From an uncultured Staphylococcaceae bacterium (lineage in GTDB: Bacteria; Bacillota_I; Bacilli_A; RFN20; CAG-826): a DNA stretch of 64,000 nt. Position numbers and translations under genes: made by a program. Shown here piece by piece: positions 40,988 to 52,024 of this stretch. The stretch is taken from positions 9,179 to 73,178 of the forward strand of contig CAYLSZ010000001.1 of the NCBI GenBank assembly GCA_964386745.1, written 5' to 3'. Numbering within the stretch: position 1 is the stretch's first letter; each line of letters starts with the position of its first letter. The notes beneath the pieces are model-generated. The model ran no database searches. It was not told where the DNA came from and saw only the letters and a list, made by a program, of their open reading frames with translations.

Positions 40988-41379
40988 TATTTTACAAATC
41001 TATAAAGTAGTTTTTGATATAAACAATAGCTAATCGCGCCGTTTTTATATAAACAATTTATAAAATCCATACGGTCAGCTTTATAATACATCTCTAAAAT
41101 ATTGCGCGATTTATCTTCTAGATAATCGCTATCAAAAAATTTAAGTTTTCTATCGTATAAATAAATTAAAGTATCGATATACCCATCGTTATTTATAACG
41201 ACGATGACGTGAGTATGTAAATTTATATAGCCTTTACTTGTCGCATCTTCTCCTAGATAGACAAGATTATGAAAACGCTCAACTTTACGCCCGTTTTTGG
41301 CTAATTTATGATACGAGTCGTTAAAACGTTGGTTGTTATTACGATATTTATATAAAATTTTTAAAATCGATGTTTCCAT
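40987..41379 (-). CDS. hypothetical protein (130 aa)
   Basis: ORF is translationally coupled between mtaB and rsmE. I recognise no family. Confidence 0.5.
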   Translation of the reverse strand: METSILKILYKYRNNNQRFNDSYHKLAKNGRKVERFHNLVYLGEDATSKGYINLHTHVIVVINNDGYIDTLIYLYDRKLKFFDSDYLEDKSRNILEMYYKADRMDFINCLYKNGAISYCLYQKLLYRFVK

Positions 41380-41380
41380 A

Positions 41381-42094
41381 TCAGCCTTCTAGTTCATAAG
41401 ATAATACACTTAATAAATATAAAACGCTAGTTTCACTTCTTAAGATACGCTTACCTAAACTTATTTCTTTAAAGCCTATAGATAAAGAGTAGTCAACTTC
41501 TTCTTTTGAAAACCCACCTTCAGGTCCAACAAGAATTGAAATCGATGAATAGTCGTTGTTTCTTATAATATTTTTAAGATCTTCAACGGTATCTTTACAG
41601 TTTTCATAGGCTATCAAATTAATATCACAAAGATAATTTTTAATATCGTTATACTTGATGACATCTAAAATTTTTGGACAATGATTGCGTTTACATTGTT
41701 CGGTCGCTTCTTTAATAATTCGATTATATCGAATTAATTTCTTTTCTTTATTCGAGTCGTCGATTTTAGCTATAGTCCTCGATGAATTAATTAAAACGAT
41801 GTCATAAACTCCTAGTTCAGTCGCTTTTTGTAAGACTAAATCGAGTTTTTCACCTTTTGGAAGGCAGTATAATAAACGAATTTTCTTAGATAGTTCGTTA
41901 TTAACTTTGACTTCTTCTAAAATTTTAAATTCAAAAGGTTTAATCGAAGTAATTTCCGCTAAATATATTTCGCCATCATTATTGATTTCAAATTTATCGC
42001 CAACTTTCATTCTCATTACTTTTATAACATGAAAAATATCATCCTCAGCAAGGATGATATTCGATTTATCGCATGATACAAAGTAACGTTGCAT
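41381..42094 (-). CDS. rsmE: 16S rRNA (uracil1498-N3)-methyltransferase
   Basis: 237 aa. YqeU synteny and SPOUT-type C-terminus. Confidence 0.82.
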   Translation of the reverse strand: MQRYFVSCDKSNIILAEDDIFHVIKVMRMKVGDKFEINNDGEIYLAEITSIKPFEFKILEEVKVNNELSKKIRLLYCLPKGEKLDLVLQKATELGVYDIVLINSSRTIAKIDDSNKEKKLIRYNRIIKEATEQCKRNHCPKILDVIKYNDIKNYLCDINLIAYENCKDTVEDLKNIIRNNDYSSISILVGPEGGFSKEEVDYSLSIGFKEISLGKRILRSETSVLYLLSVLSYELEG

Positions 42095-42543
42095 TATTTA
42101 AGTAAGACGCCGTTAGCATCTTTTTTTGTTCTAACTCTTAAAGAGAATAGACCTAAAATCAAATATATAAAGAATATGATTAAGAACGAAACGACTAATG
42201 ATAAGGTAATTGGAGCTATACTAAATACATTTAAAAAATAAAATATACAGAATAGTCCACCATAAACTACTAAATTTATAAATAGTCTAATTAAGCCATA
42301 TTTCACAAAGCCTAAATAGAATGCATCAGCTGATATAAAGCCTAAAAACATCATTAAAAGCGAGTTAACTTTGCGTGAACGTTGAATAAAATTGACTTCA
42401 TTACTTCCATATGTATCGAGAACTTGAGTCAAGTCATTCGTTTTTTCTAATGAGTAATCGATAGGATCTTTTGTCCCGCAATATGGGCAAATATCTTTAT
42501 CGAATTTCGTTATTTTTTTACGACAATTTTTACAAGTGGGCAT
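42094..42543 (-). CDS. zinc-ribbon plus TM2-domain membrane protein
   Basis: N-terminus CKNCRK...CPYCG, then a FYLG..G..RLF..VVYGG TM2-like hydrophobic pair. Confidence 0.55.
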   Translation of the reverse strand: MPTCKNCRKKITKFDKDICPYCGTKDPIDYSLEKTNDLTQVLDTYGSNEVNFIQRSRKVNSLLMMFLGFISADAFYLGFVKYGLIRLFINLVVYGGLFCIFYFLNVFSIAPITLSLVVSFLIIFFIYLILGLFSLRVRTKKDANGVLLK

Positions 42544-42578
42544 ATATCAATCTCTTATAAAAGTATAATTTAGTAACC

Positions 42579-43733
42579 CTACTTTTTAAAGCCTTTTTTA
42601 AATTTCTCAAACCAGCTTTCGCTCGATTTTGAGGCTTCTTTAAACTTCTTTAAAAGATCAGTTTGTTCTTTTGATAACTTAGTTGGCGTTTTAAGTGACA
42701 TATGGATGTATTGGTCGCCATATTTACCACTTCTAAGGTCTTTGACACCTTTTCCTTTAAGTCTAAGAACAGCATCAGGTTGCGTTCCAGCAGGAACTTC
42801 AACTTCAGATTCACCAGTGACAGTAGGAACCGTGATTTTTGTACCTAAACATGCATCGACAAAGTCGATTGGAACAGTTAAATGGATATCATTGCCATCA
42901 CGTTGAAAATCGCTATGTGGTTTAACTAAAACTTCTATATATAAATCGCCGTTTGGTCCGCCGTTATATCCGCGTTCGCCTTTACCTGTGAGACGAATTT
43001 GTTGACCATTATTTATACCTTCAGGAATATTGACTTCGATGTCTTTTTTAACACGGTTATAACCTTTTCCACCGCAATCTGGACAACTCGTTTTAATAAT
43101 TTTTCCGCGTCCACCGCAGCGACTACAAACTGATTCAGATTGCATAATACCAAAAATTGTACGTTGTTGAGTAACCACTCTTCCTCGACCATTACAATCT
43201 GGACAAGTAGTTAATTCAGTACCATTTTTAGCGCCTGTTCCATGACAATGTTCGCAGGTTTCATCGTAATTTAATGGTAAAGTTACTTTTGTTCCTTTGA
43301 CCGCATCCATGAAGTTGATACGGATTCTCATAACCGTATCATTACCTTTCATAGGTCCATTGCGAGTGGCTTGACGAGATCTACCTCCACCAAAGCCAAA
43401 TCCACCAAACATTTGCGAAAGAATATCGTTTAAATCACTAAAGTTACCGCCATTAAAGTTAAATCCTTCAAAGCCGCTACCACTAAATGGATTAGCTCCG
43501 CCGGCATTTTGATCAAAGGCAGCATGACCAAATTGATCGTATGTTTTACGTTTTTGTTCGTCTCCTAAAACACTAAAAGCTTCGGATGCTTCTTTAAATT
43601 TTTCAGCATCTCCAGTCTCTTGGTTGTCTGGGTGATATTTTTTAGCAAGCTTTCTATAAGCGCTTTTTATTTCATCTTGAGTTGCGGTTTTACTAACGCC
43701 AAGCACCTCATAATAATCTCTTTTTTCGGCCAT
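42579..43733 (-). CDS. dnaJ: chaperone DnaJ
   Basis: J domain (HPD), G/F region and four CxxCxGxG repeats. Confidence 0.95.
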   Translation of the reverse strand: MAEKRDYYEVLGVSKTATQDEIKSAYRKLAKKYHPDNQETGDAEKFKEASEAFSVLGDEQKRKTYDQFGHAAFDQNAGGANPFSGSGFEGFNFNGGNFSDLNDILSQMFGGFGFGGGRSRQATRNGPMKGNDTVMRIRINFMDAVKGTKVTLPLNYDETCEHCHGTGAKNGTELTTCPDCNGRGRVVTQQRTIFGIMQSESVCSRCGGRGKIIKTSCPDCGGKGYNRVKKDIEVNIPEGINNGQQIRLTGKGERGYNGGPNGDLYIEVLVKPHSDFQRDGNDIHLTVPIDFVDACLGTKITVPTVTGESEVEVPAGTQPDAVLRLKGKGVKDLRSGKYGDQYIHMSLKTPTKLSKEQTDLLKKFKEASKSSESWFEKFKKGFKK

Positions 43734-43810
43734 TAAGCTTACCTCCTATTTAACGTTTTGAAGGGAAGACATAAATCTTCCCTTGCCATAATTTTCTTTA
43801 AAAATATGCT

Positions 43811-43856
43811 GTTTTTCGAGAAAAACCCTGCAGATCTCAACTATTTTTGTAAAAAC
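43811..43856 (+). repeat. CTGCAG-core repeat, copy 8 (intergenic, dnaK/dnaJ)
   Basis: GTTTTTCGAGAAAAACCCTGCAGATCTCAACTATTTTTGTAAAAAC. Confidence 0.85.
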
Positions 43857-43881
43857 TTAACAAATAGTGAGTTATAAATAA

Positions 43882-45735
<1,854 letters not shown>

Positions 45736-45748
45736 TTATCCTCCCTAT

Positions 45749-46336
45749 TTAAGCAACTTTTTCTTCTTCTATAGTTTCAACTTTTTCTTCTTCCTTAGCT
45801 TCTTCACTAGGATGTTTACTAACGATAACCATCGCTGGTCGAATTAAGTGATCGTGAAGTTTATAGCCTATTAAATTTACATTTTTGACAAGATTTTCTT
45901 CGCCATCTGTTTCGATCGTATCGACAGCTTGCATCGTGTTTTCATCAAATTTAGTGTCCATCTGCGGGGTTATTACTTGAATTCCTTCTTCTTCTAAGAT
46001 CGAGATAAGCGAGTTATAGACGTATTTGAATCCTTGTAAATACTTTTTCATTTCTTCGCTTGTCGCTTCGAATCTAAATGCAAGATCGAATGAGTCGAGA
46101 ACTCCAAGCAATTTATCTACAAACCCTTCGATACGATATTTGATAACCTCGCGGTGATCTTTTTCGATATCTTTTCTTAGATTCGACATATCAGCATAGA
46201 CACGATAATATTCGTTTTTCCAATGCTCTTTATCGGCTAAGGCTTTAGTTATTTCTTCGTCTTTCTTGGCAAGTTTTCTTTTAACCGACTCTTTAACGGT
46301 TTCTTTTTCTTCTTTTTCTATTTTTTCCTCTGCCAC
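45749..46336 (-). CDS. grpE: nucleotide exchange factor GrpE
   Basis: 195 aa. Position in the operon and coiled-coil plus beta C-terminus. Confidence 0.9.
   Translation of the reverse strand: MAEEKIEKEEKETVKESVKRKLAKKDEEITKALADKEHWKNEYYRVYADMSNLRKDIEKDHREVIKYRIEGFVDKLLGVLDSFDLAFRFEATSEEMKKYLQGFKYVYNSLISILEEEGIQVITPQMDTKFDENTMQAVDTIETDGEENLVKNVNLIGYKLHDHLIRPAMVIVSKHPSEEAKEEEKVETIEEEKVA
45935..45985 (-). repeat. degenerate copy of the repeat (CCCCGCAGATG core) inside grpE
   Basis: Minus strand reads AATAACCCCGCAGATGGACACTAAATTTGATGAAAAC. Confidence 0.45.
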
Positions 46337-46349
46337 TTAGTGCACCTCC

Positions 46350-47357
46350 TTATTTAATATGCGCAAGGATTTCATTTACGATATAGTCGAGATATGTAAT
46401 GACCTTGCTATAGTCCATACGTTTTGGACCGATAACAGCAATTTTTCCAAAGCTCTTATTGCTTTCAGGAAGAGAAATTTCTTTACTTACAATTGAAACT
46501 TCGCCGCCGGTATCATCTTTATCTTCATTAATAGTTAGTAATTCGTTTGATTTATTGATAATTTCTTCTAGTTTGACTGGATCATCGAATAATCCATAGA
46601 TTTTTTTAATTTCTTCAGCATCGCTAGCAAATTCAGGTTGACTGAGTAAGTTATCTTTGCCGATTACTTCGCTACGACTAGCTGCAAATTCGAAGAAGAC
46701 TTTCATTAAAGCGTTATAGAGATTACTATAATCTTCTAAATAACTCTCTAAGATTGGCTTCATCGTTTCAAGTTTAGCTGTTAAATCACTAATTTTTGTT
46801 CCTTTTAGTCTTTCATCCAAGATTTCGATACATTTTGTTAAGTCGCTCATCTTATTTTTCTCGGTTATAACGAACGTTTTATTTTCGACATAACCGCTAT
46901 CAGTAATAAAGATGACCGTACAAGTTTTAGTATCTAATGGAACGAGTTGAATATTAATTAATCTTTCGTTGTTAGCCGATGGACCTAAGACAACTGAGGC
47001 AAGATTTGTCATATGAGACAAAATCGCGCAACTTTCTTTTAAGACATCGTTAACTGATTTAGAGGAATCGAAGATTTGACGAAGTTGATTTTTAAAATTA
47101 TTATCGACCGTGTTGTTTGTAAAGTTTTGGGCGTAAAATTTATAGCCTTCTGTACTTGGAACACGTCCGCTACTCGTATGAGTTTTTTCAAGCAATCCTT
47201 CACTTTCTAGCTCAGCCATATCATTTCGGATCGTTGCGCTACTATAATCGAGCTTATATTTATCTTTTAAATACTTACTTCCGACCGGATTAGCTTGGCG
47301 TATAAAATCTTCTACGATTAACTTTAAGATTTGATATTTTCTTAAATTTATATCCAC
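46350..47357 (-). CDS. hrcA: heat-inducible transcription repressor HrcA
   Basis: Aligns with B. subtilis HrcA from a GTG start (V-DINLRKYQILKLIVEDFI...ATIRNDMAELE). The track start is another GTG 7 codons upstream that overlaps the RBS GGAGGAAAC. Confidence 0.88.
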   Translation of the reverse strand: MDINLRKYQILKLIVEDFIRQANPVGSKYLKDKYKLDYSSATIRNDMAELESEGLLEKTHTSSGRVPSTEGYKFYAQNFTNNTVDNNFKNQLRQIFDSSKSVNDVLKESCAILSHMTNLASVVLGPSANNERLINIQLVPLDTKTCTVIFITDSGYVENKTFVITEKNKMSDLTKCIEILDERLKGTKISDLTAKLETMKPILESYLEDYSNLYNALMKVFFEFAASRSEVIGKDNLLSQPEFASDAEEIKKIYGLFDDPVKLEEIINKSNELLTINEDKDDTGGEVSIVSKEISLPESNKSFGKIAVIGPKRMDYSKVITYLDYIVNEILAHIK

Positions 47358-47371
47358 AAAGTTTCCTCCAT

Positions 47372-47397
47372 TTAGCACTCTTTTTCCGAAGTGCTAA
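47372..47397 (-). promoter_or_regulatory. CIRCE operator, copy 1
   Basis: TTAGCACTT-N8-GAGTGCTAA inverted repeat immediately 5' of the hrcA RBS. Confidence 0.85.
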
Positions 47398-47401
47398 CAA
47401 T

Positions 47402-47430
47402 AATATACTCGGAACATTTAGCACTGTCAA
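47402..47430 (-). promoter_or_regulatory. sigma-A promoter of the hrcA-grpE-dnaK-dnaJ operon
   Basis: TTGACA, 17 nt, TATATT, positioned between and overlapping the two CIRCE elements. Confidence 0.65.
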
Positions 47431-47444
47431 CAAAAAGGTGCTAA
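47418..47444 (-). promoter_or_regulatory. second, weaker CIRCE-like inverted repeat
   Basis: TTAGCAC-N13-GTGCTAA, overlapping the -35 box. Confidence 0.5.
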
Positions 47445-47486
47445 AAAATAAAAATAATTTGGAACAAGGTCGTTTTCGTTTGAAAA

Positions 47487-47522
47487 ATACTTATTTTAGT
47501 AGTTTTTTAGTATATTTTTTAA
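47487..47522 (-). repeat. TTTTTAGTA-type AT-rich repeat cluster 3' of hemW
   Basis: Plus strand reads TTATTTTAGTAGTTTTTTAGTATATTTTTTAAG. Confidence 0.45.
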
Positions 47523-47535
47523 GTTTCAAAATAAC

Positions 47536-48648
47536 TTAAATTAACTTCAAAACAATAGTATCAAGGATGGACATGCCTTTTTTAGTTAGCACTATATTGT
47601 CGCTATTAATTTCTAGAAATCCTTCATCTACTAATGACTTCAAGGTTTCAGATTGAGATTCTAATAAATCGCTTCCAAATCTATTTTTGTATTCACTTAG
47701 CGATACGCCTTCGTTGGTTCTAAGATTTAACATTAAAAACTCTAAAAGTTCTTTGTCCTTATCGATTTCTTCCTTAAAATCGACTCTTTCGCCTCTAATA
47801 TATTTTGATATATTAGAAGTAATTTTATAGCGGTTTTTCGACAAAAACCCTGCAGAACCCAAACCAATTCCTAAAAACTCGTTGTCTTTCCAATAATTAA
47901 AATTGTGCTTACTTTGATAACCCGGCTTACAAAAATTACTGATTTCATAATGTATGAAACCACTTCTTTCAAGTTCATCGACAATGAAATTATAGATTTC
48001 TCGATCTTTATCTTCTTCTAATGGCTTAACACCTTGATTATAAAAAGTAGTTCCTTTTGAAACGGTCAAACTATAAATTGAAACGTGTGGAACATCCATT
48101 TCGACGATAAATTTTATATCGTTTTTAATGTCCTCAATCGTTTCGCCAGGGAGACCATATATAAAATCAAGGTTAATATTTTGAATATATTTCTTAATAA
48201 AATTTATAAGATTTTTAAAATCTATCTTCTTTCTAGATAGTCCTTTTAACGTATTTTCTTTTATGGATTGAATGCCAATTGAAAGGCGATTTACACCATA
48301 TCTATTAATTAGTTTTAGAAATTCTTCATCAATATCCTCAGGATTGGCTTCAATTGTAAATTCATAGTTTTCTTTTACCCTTAAATCTACTAAAGATATT
48401 AATAAATTTATTAGATTCTCATGCTCTAGACACGAAGGAGTTCCGCCACCAATATATATAGTTTTAAAAGGCTCAAACTCCATTTTTACCTTCGCTATAT
48501 CCGAAAAAAGTTCCTGCATATAAGGAACTTCAAAACACTTTTGTTTAATTAATTTAGTAAAGTCGCAATATGGACAAATATTTCGACAAAAAGGAATATG
48601 AATATATAAACTATTAATTTTTTTCAAATTATTTGGTTTTATCTTCAT
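47536..48648 (-). CDS. hemW: radical-SAM heme chaperone HemW (HemN-like, oxygen-independent coproporphyrinogen-III oxidase family)
   Basis: N-terminus YIHIPFCRNICPYCDF (CxxxCxxC). Synteny lepA-hemN-hrcA. Confidence 0.85.
   Translation of the reverse strand: MKIKPNNLKKINSLYIHIPFCRNICPYCDFTKLIKQKCFEVPYMQELFSDIAKVKMEFEPFKTIYIGGGTPSCLEHENLINLLISLVDLRVKENYEFTIEANPEDIDEEFLKLINRYGVNRLSIGIQSIKENTLKGLSRKKIDFKNLINFIKKYIQNINLDFIYGLPGETIEDIKNDIKFIVEMDVPHVSIYSLTVSKGTTFYNQGVKPLEEDKDREIYNFIVDELERSGFIHYEISNFCKPGYQSKHNFNYWKDNEFLGIGLGSAGFLSKNRYKITSNISKYIRGERVDFKEEIDKDKELLEFLMLNLRTNEGVSLSEYKNRFGSDLLESQSETLKSLVDEGFLEINSDNIVLTKKGMSILDTIVLKLI
47833..47878 (+). repeat. CTGCAG-core repeat, copy 9 (inside hemW, antisense)
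   Basis: GTTTTTCGACAAAAACCCTGCAGAACCCAAACCAATTCCTAAAAAC. Confidence 0.85.
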
Positions 48649-48904
48649 TGCTTAAGTCATCGAATTGTTTAAGAGTTTCTTCATCATCAATGACTTCTAA
48701 GACGCTATCTAAATTTTCTTCAGCAAGTTCAGCTTGTGTCTTTTCTATAGGTTTCTCTTCTCCGTCTTTGTTTTTATTTATAACGAATTTTCTAATTAAA
48801 AATACGGCTAAAGCGATAATAGCAAAGAAAGCGATAATAAATAATAAGATTACAAATGTGCTTTCATACCAGGCAGCTAAGATTGTTAATAAATTCGCGT
48901 TCAT
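48629..48904 (-). CDS. small membrane protein (91 aa) with one TM helix and an acidic C-terminus
   Basis: Hydrophobic segment FVILLFIIAFFAIIALAVFLI. Overlaps the hemW start. Confidence 0.45.
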   Translation of the reverse strand: MNANLLTILAAWYESTFVILLFIIAFFAIIALAVFLIRKFVINKNKDGEEKPIEKTQAELAEENLDSVLEVIDDEETLKQFDDLSNEDKTK

Positions 48905-48907
48905 AAA

Positions 48908-50113
48908 TTACTTCCTTTCAATTGGTGTATAAATAAATTTATTTTTAAGTGGTTCTTTTCGATAAAATCCAAGATTTACGAGCTTATCCATACTCGATCT
49001 AGCGGTCTCATATGAACAAGAATTAAATTTTTGAAATTGTCGAATCGTATACTTCGAACCAAGTGTACAATGTCGCGCATAAAACGCGGCTTGCATCGGT
49101 CTTAATTCAGGGATTAGCTCTTGTAAACTAATTTCTAGTTGTCGGGCCTCTTCTTCTGACAAACTATTACGAGTTATAGATATCGCTAATGGACCAGAAC
49201 TTACTACCGAACGAGATAAGTTTTCTATAGGAGTCGAATCGTTAGCTTCATCTAAAGAGTAGGTTTCTCTTTGAATCGTCTTAGTTTTGAAAGAAATTAT
49301 ATCATTTAATATATTATCCATACATATATCAATTTTCGTAAGCATATAATTTAAAAAATATGTAAGATCGAGATTGATTTGGCATTCTTCTATTGTTTTT
49401 TCGATCTCTTCGATATTGGATAATACACTTTCGACATTAATTAATGATGAAACAGGACCAAAATCATAATGAGCAAGGATTTCTTTAAATAATAAAATTC
49501 CTAATTCTTCATTATAATTTTCAAATGGTTTTGTATATAAAACGTAATACAGAGCACAACTTGCTTTAACAAAAGCCGAAATGTAGTTATTTTTGATAAA
49601 TGCGTATAAAGAATTGGTTACCTCTTCTTTAGAATTACTTAATTCGGTTTCTATAGATAAATCAGCTGACATTTTTTTGATAAAATCATCATTAATTTCG
49701 TTAAAAACGATATCTTTTATATCGTTTAGTGCATTTACATAGTGAACTAAAATGCCTTGTTTTTCATTTACGTTTATTAAATTTAAGGCAACAGTGCTTA
49801 ATATATTTCTTTGTTCTTCTTTGATGAGTTCTTGTTTAGCCGATTCATTCAAATTCTCAAAATTACTCATCGCTTTAAATAGTCTTCTTTCAATAGCGTT
49901 AACTTTTTGAGAAATAACAGGGGTTAAAACTACGCTATAGTTTTTCCCATCAGCATTATTAAGATTTAAGGACATAGAAAAAAAGTTACGATATTCCAAA
50001 ATCTTACCCCAAACGCTATCAATATTTCTCATTTGTAGAGCATCAATAACATCTTGTTGAGTTGCGTAAATATCGTTACTAAATTTAGCAGGCAAATCTG
50101 ATCTTTCTTCCAT
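48908..50113 (-). CDS. hypothetical protein (401 aa) with a C-terminal winged-helix-like segment
   Basis: Long clean ORF. It occupies the slot that gpr, spoIIP and yqxA fill in Bacillus. I recognise no family. Confidence 0.55.
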   Translation of the reverse strand: MEERSDLPAKFSNDIYATQQDVIDALQMRNIDSVWGKILEYRNFFSMSLNLNNADGKNYSVVLTPVISQKVNAIERRLFKAMSNFENLNESAKQELIKEEQRNILSTVALNLINVNEKQGILVHYVNALNDIKDIVFNEINDDFIKKMSADLSIETELSNSKEEVTNSLYAFIKNNYISAFVKASCALYYVLYTKPFENYNEELGILLFKEILAHYDFGPVSSLINVESVLSNIEEIEKTIEECQINLDLTYFLNYMLTKIDICMDNILNDIISFKTKTIQRETYSLDEANDSTPIENLSRSVVSSGPLAISITRNSLSEEEARQLEISLQELIPELRPMQAAFYARHCTLGSKYTIRQFQKFNSCSYETARSSMDKLVNLGFYRKEPLKNKFIYTPIERK

Positions 50114-50154
50114 CCATTAAACCTTCGTAAAATATTTTATATTTCAGGCTTTCA

Positions 50155-50190
50155 TTTATCAATTAATAACAACTAAAAATGTACTAAAAA
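50155..50190 (-). repeat. TTTTTAGTA-type AT-rich repeat cluster 3' of lepA
   Basis: Minus strand reads TTAGTAATTTTTTAGTACATTTTTAGTTG. Confidence 0.45.
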
Positions 50191-50198
50191 ATTACTAA

Positions 50199-52013
50199 TT
50201 AATTGTCATCGTCGTCAATTGATAAAAGTGACATAAACGCTTCTTGAGGTACTTCGACACTACCTATAGCCTTCATACGTTTCTTACCTTCTTTTTGTTT
50301 TTCTAAAAGTTTACGTTTGCGAGTGATATCGCCACCATAACATTTTGCTAAAACGTCTTTTCTAACCGCTTTTACAGTTGCACGCGATATAACTTTTCCA
50401 TTAATTGCAGCTTGAATAGGAATTTCAAATTGTTGACGCGGAATAATATTTTTAAGTTTACTAACTAACTTTAGTCCTCGATTATAAGCAAATGGTTTAT
50501 AAACAATAGTACTCAAAGCATCGATGACTTCGCCATTTAACAAGATATCCATCTTGGTAAGATTACTTTCTTTGTATTCAGAAATTTCGTAGTCGAGCGA
50601 GGCGTAACCTTTACTATAACTTTTGAGTTTATCGAAGAAATTTAAGATGATTTCACTAAGTGGAATTTCGTAAGTCAAAACCATTCTAGTATCATCAAAG
50701 TATTCCATATCAATATATATACCACGTTTTTCTTGGCATAATTCCATAATTGGACCGATATATTCTTGAGGCGACATAATTTGTGCTTTAACATATGGCT
50801 CTTTTATGCATTTAATCGTCGTTAAATCAGGCATTTTACTAGGATTATCGAGATTAATTTCTTCGCCATTAGTTAAAACTATTTTATAAATAACGCTAGG
50901 AACAGTAAGAATTAAATCGAGTTGATACTCTCTTTCTAATCTCTCTTGAACTACTTCCATATGGAGCAATCCTAAAAAACCACAACGGAAACCAAAACCA
51001 AGAGCTTGCGAAGTTTCAGGTTCGAATTTCAAACTACTATCATTAAGGCAAAGTTTTTCTAAAGCGTCTTTTAAATCTTGATATTTTCTTGAATCGGTTG
51101 GGTATATACCACAATAAACCATTGAATTAATATTTCTATAACCAGGAAGCGCTTCAGTGGCAGGTTTATCAACTGTGGTAATCGTTTCGCCAACTCGAAC
51201 TTCTTTGATATCTTTAATTTGAGCACATAAATAACCAACTTCGCCACAATATAAAGTATCAGTTTTAATTTCGTGAGGTGTACGAATTCCTAGTTCAGTA
51301 ACTTCATATTCGATTCCACTTCTCATCAAACGTATTTTATCGTCAACTTTAACTTGTCCATCTTTAATGCGAATTAAGACAACGACTCCACGATATGCAT
51401 CGTAAAAACTATCAAAAATTAAAGCTTTTAAAGGATTGTCGTTACTTCCGGATGGAGGTTTTATCTCGGTAACTACTTTTTCTAAAACTTCAGTGATATT
51501 TTCACCAGTTTTTGCACTCACTAAGACAGCATTATCGCCATCAAGTCCAAGTCTAGAAGTTATCTCTTTTCTACATGTATCGACCATCGCACTTGGAAGA
51601 TCGATTTTATTTATAACGGGAACTATATCTAAATCATTATCGACAGCTAAATACATATTGGCTAAAGTTTGAGCTTCAACTCCTTGTGTTGCGTCAACTA
51701 TAAGTAAAGCTCCTTCGCAAGCCGCTAAAGATCTACTCACCTCGTAAGAAAAATCGACATGTCCTGGAGTATCTATTAAATTGAAGATATACTTTTCACC
51801 ATTCTTAGCTTGATATTCAATAGTTACAGCGTTGAGTTTGATCGTAATTCCGCGTTCTCTTTCTAAATCTAAAGAATCTAAAAATTGACTTCTCATTTCT
51901 CGAGGAGTAATCGTATTTGTAAGCTCTAAAATACGGTCAGCCAATGTCGACTTACCGTGATCTATATGAGCGATGATGCTAAAATTACGAATCTTATCTT
52001 GTTTATATCCCAT
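50199..52013 (-). CDS. lepA: elongation factor 4
   Basis: 604 aa GTPase with [14 protein letters not shown] and NKID motifs and a LepA C-terminal domain. Confidence 0.95.
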   Translation of the reverse strand: MGYKQDKIRNFSIIAHIDHGKSTLADRILELTNTITPREMRSQFLDSLDLERERGITIKLNAVTIEYQAKNGEKYIFNLIDTPGHVDFSYEVSRSLAACEGALLIVDATQGVEAQTLANMYLAVDNDLDIVPVINKIDLPSAMVDTCRKEITSRLGLDGDNAVLVSAKTGENITEVLEKVVTEIKPPSGSNDNPLKALIFDSFYDAYRGVVVLIRIKDGQVKVDDKIRLMRSGIEYEVTELGIRTPHEIKTDTLYCGEVGYLCAQIKDIKEVRVGETITTVDKPATEALPGYRNINSMVYCGIYPTDSRKYQDLKDALEKLCLNDSSLKFEPETSQALGFGFRCGFLGLLHMEVVQERLEREYQLDLILTVPSVIYKIVLTNGEEINLDNPSKMPDLTTIKCIKEPYVKAQIMSPQEYIGPIMELCQEKRGIYIDMEYFDDTRMVLTYEIPLSEIILNFFDKLKSYSKGYASLDYEISEYKESNLTKMDILLNGEVIDALSTIVYKPFAYNRGLKLVSKLKNIIPRQQFEIPIQAAINGKVISRATVKAVRKDVLAKCYGGDITRKRKLLEKQKEGKKRMKAIGSVEVPQEAFMSLLSIDDDDN

Positions 52014-52024
52014 AACTTTGAAAA

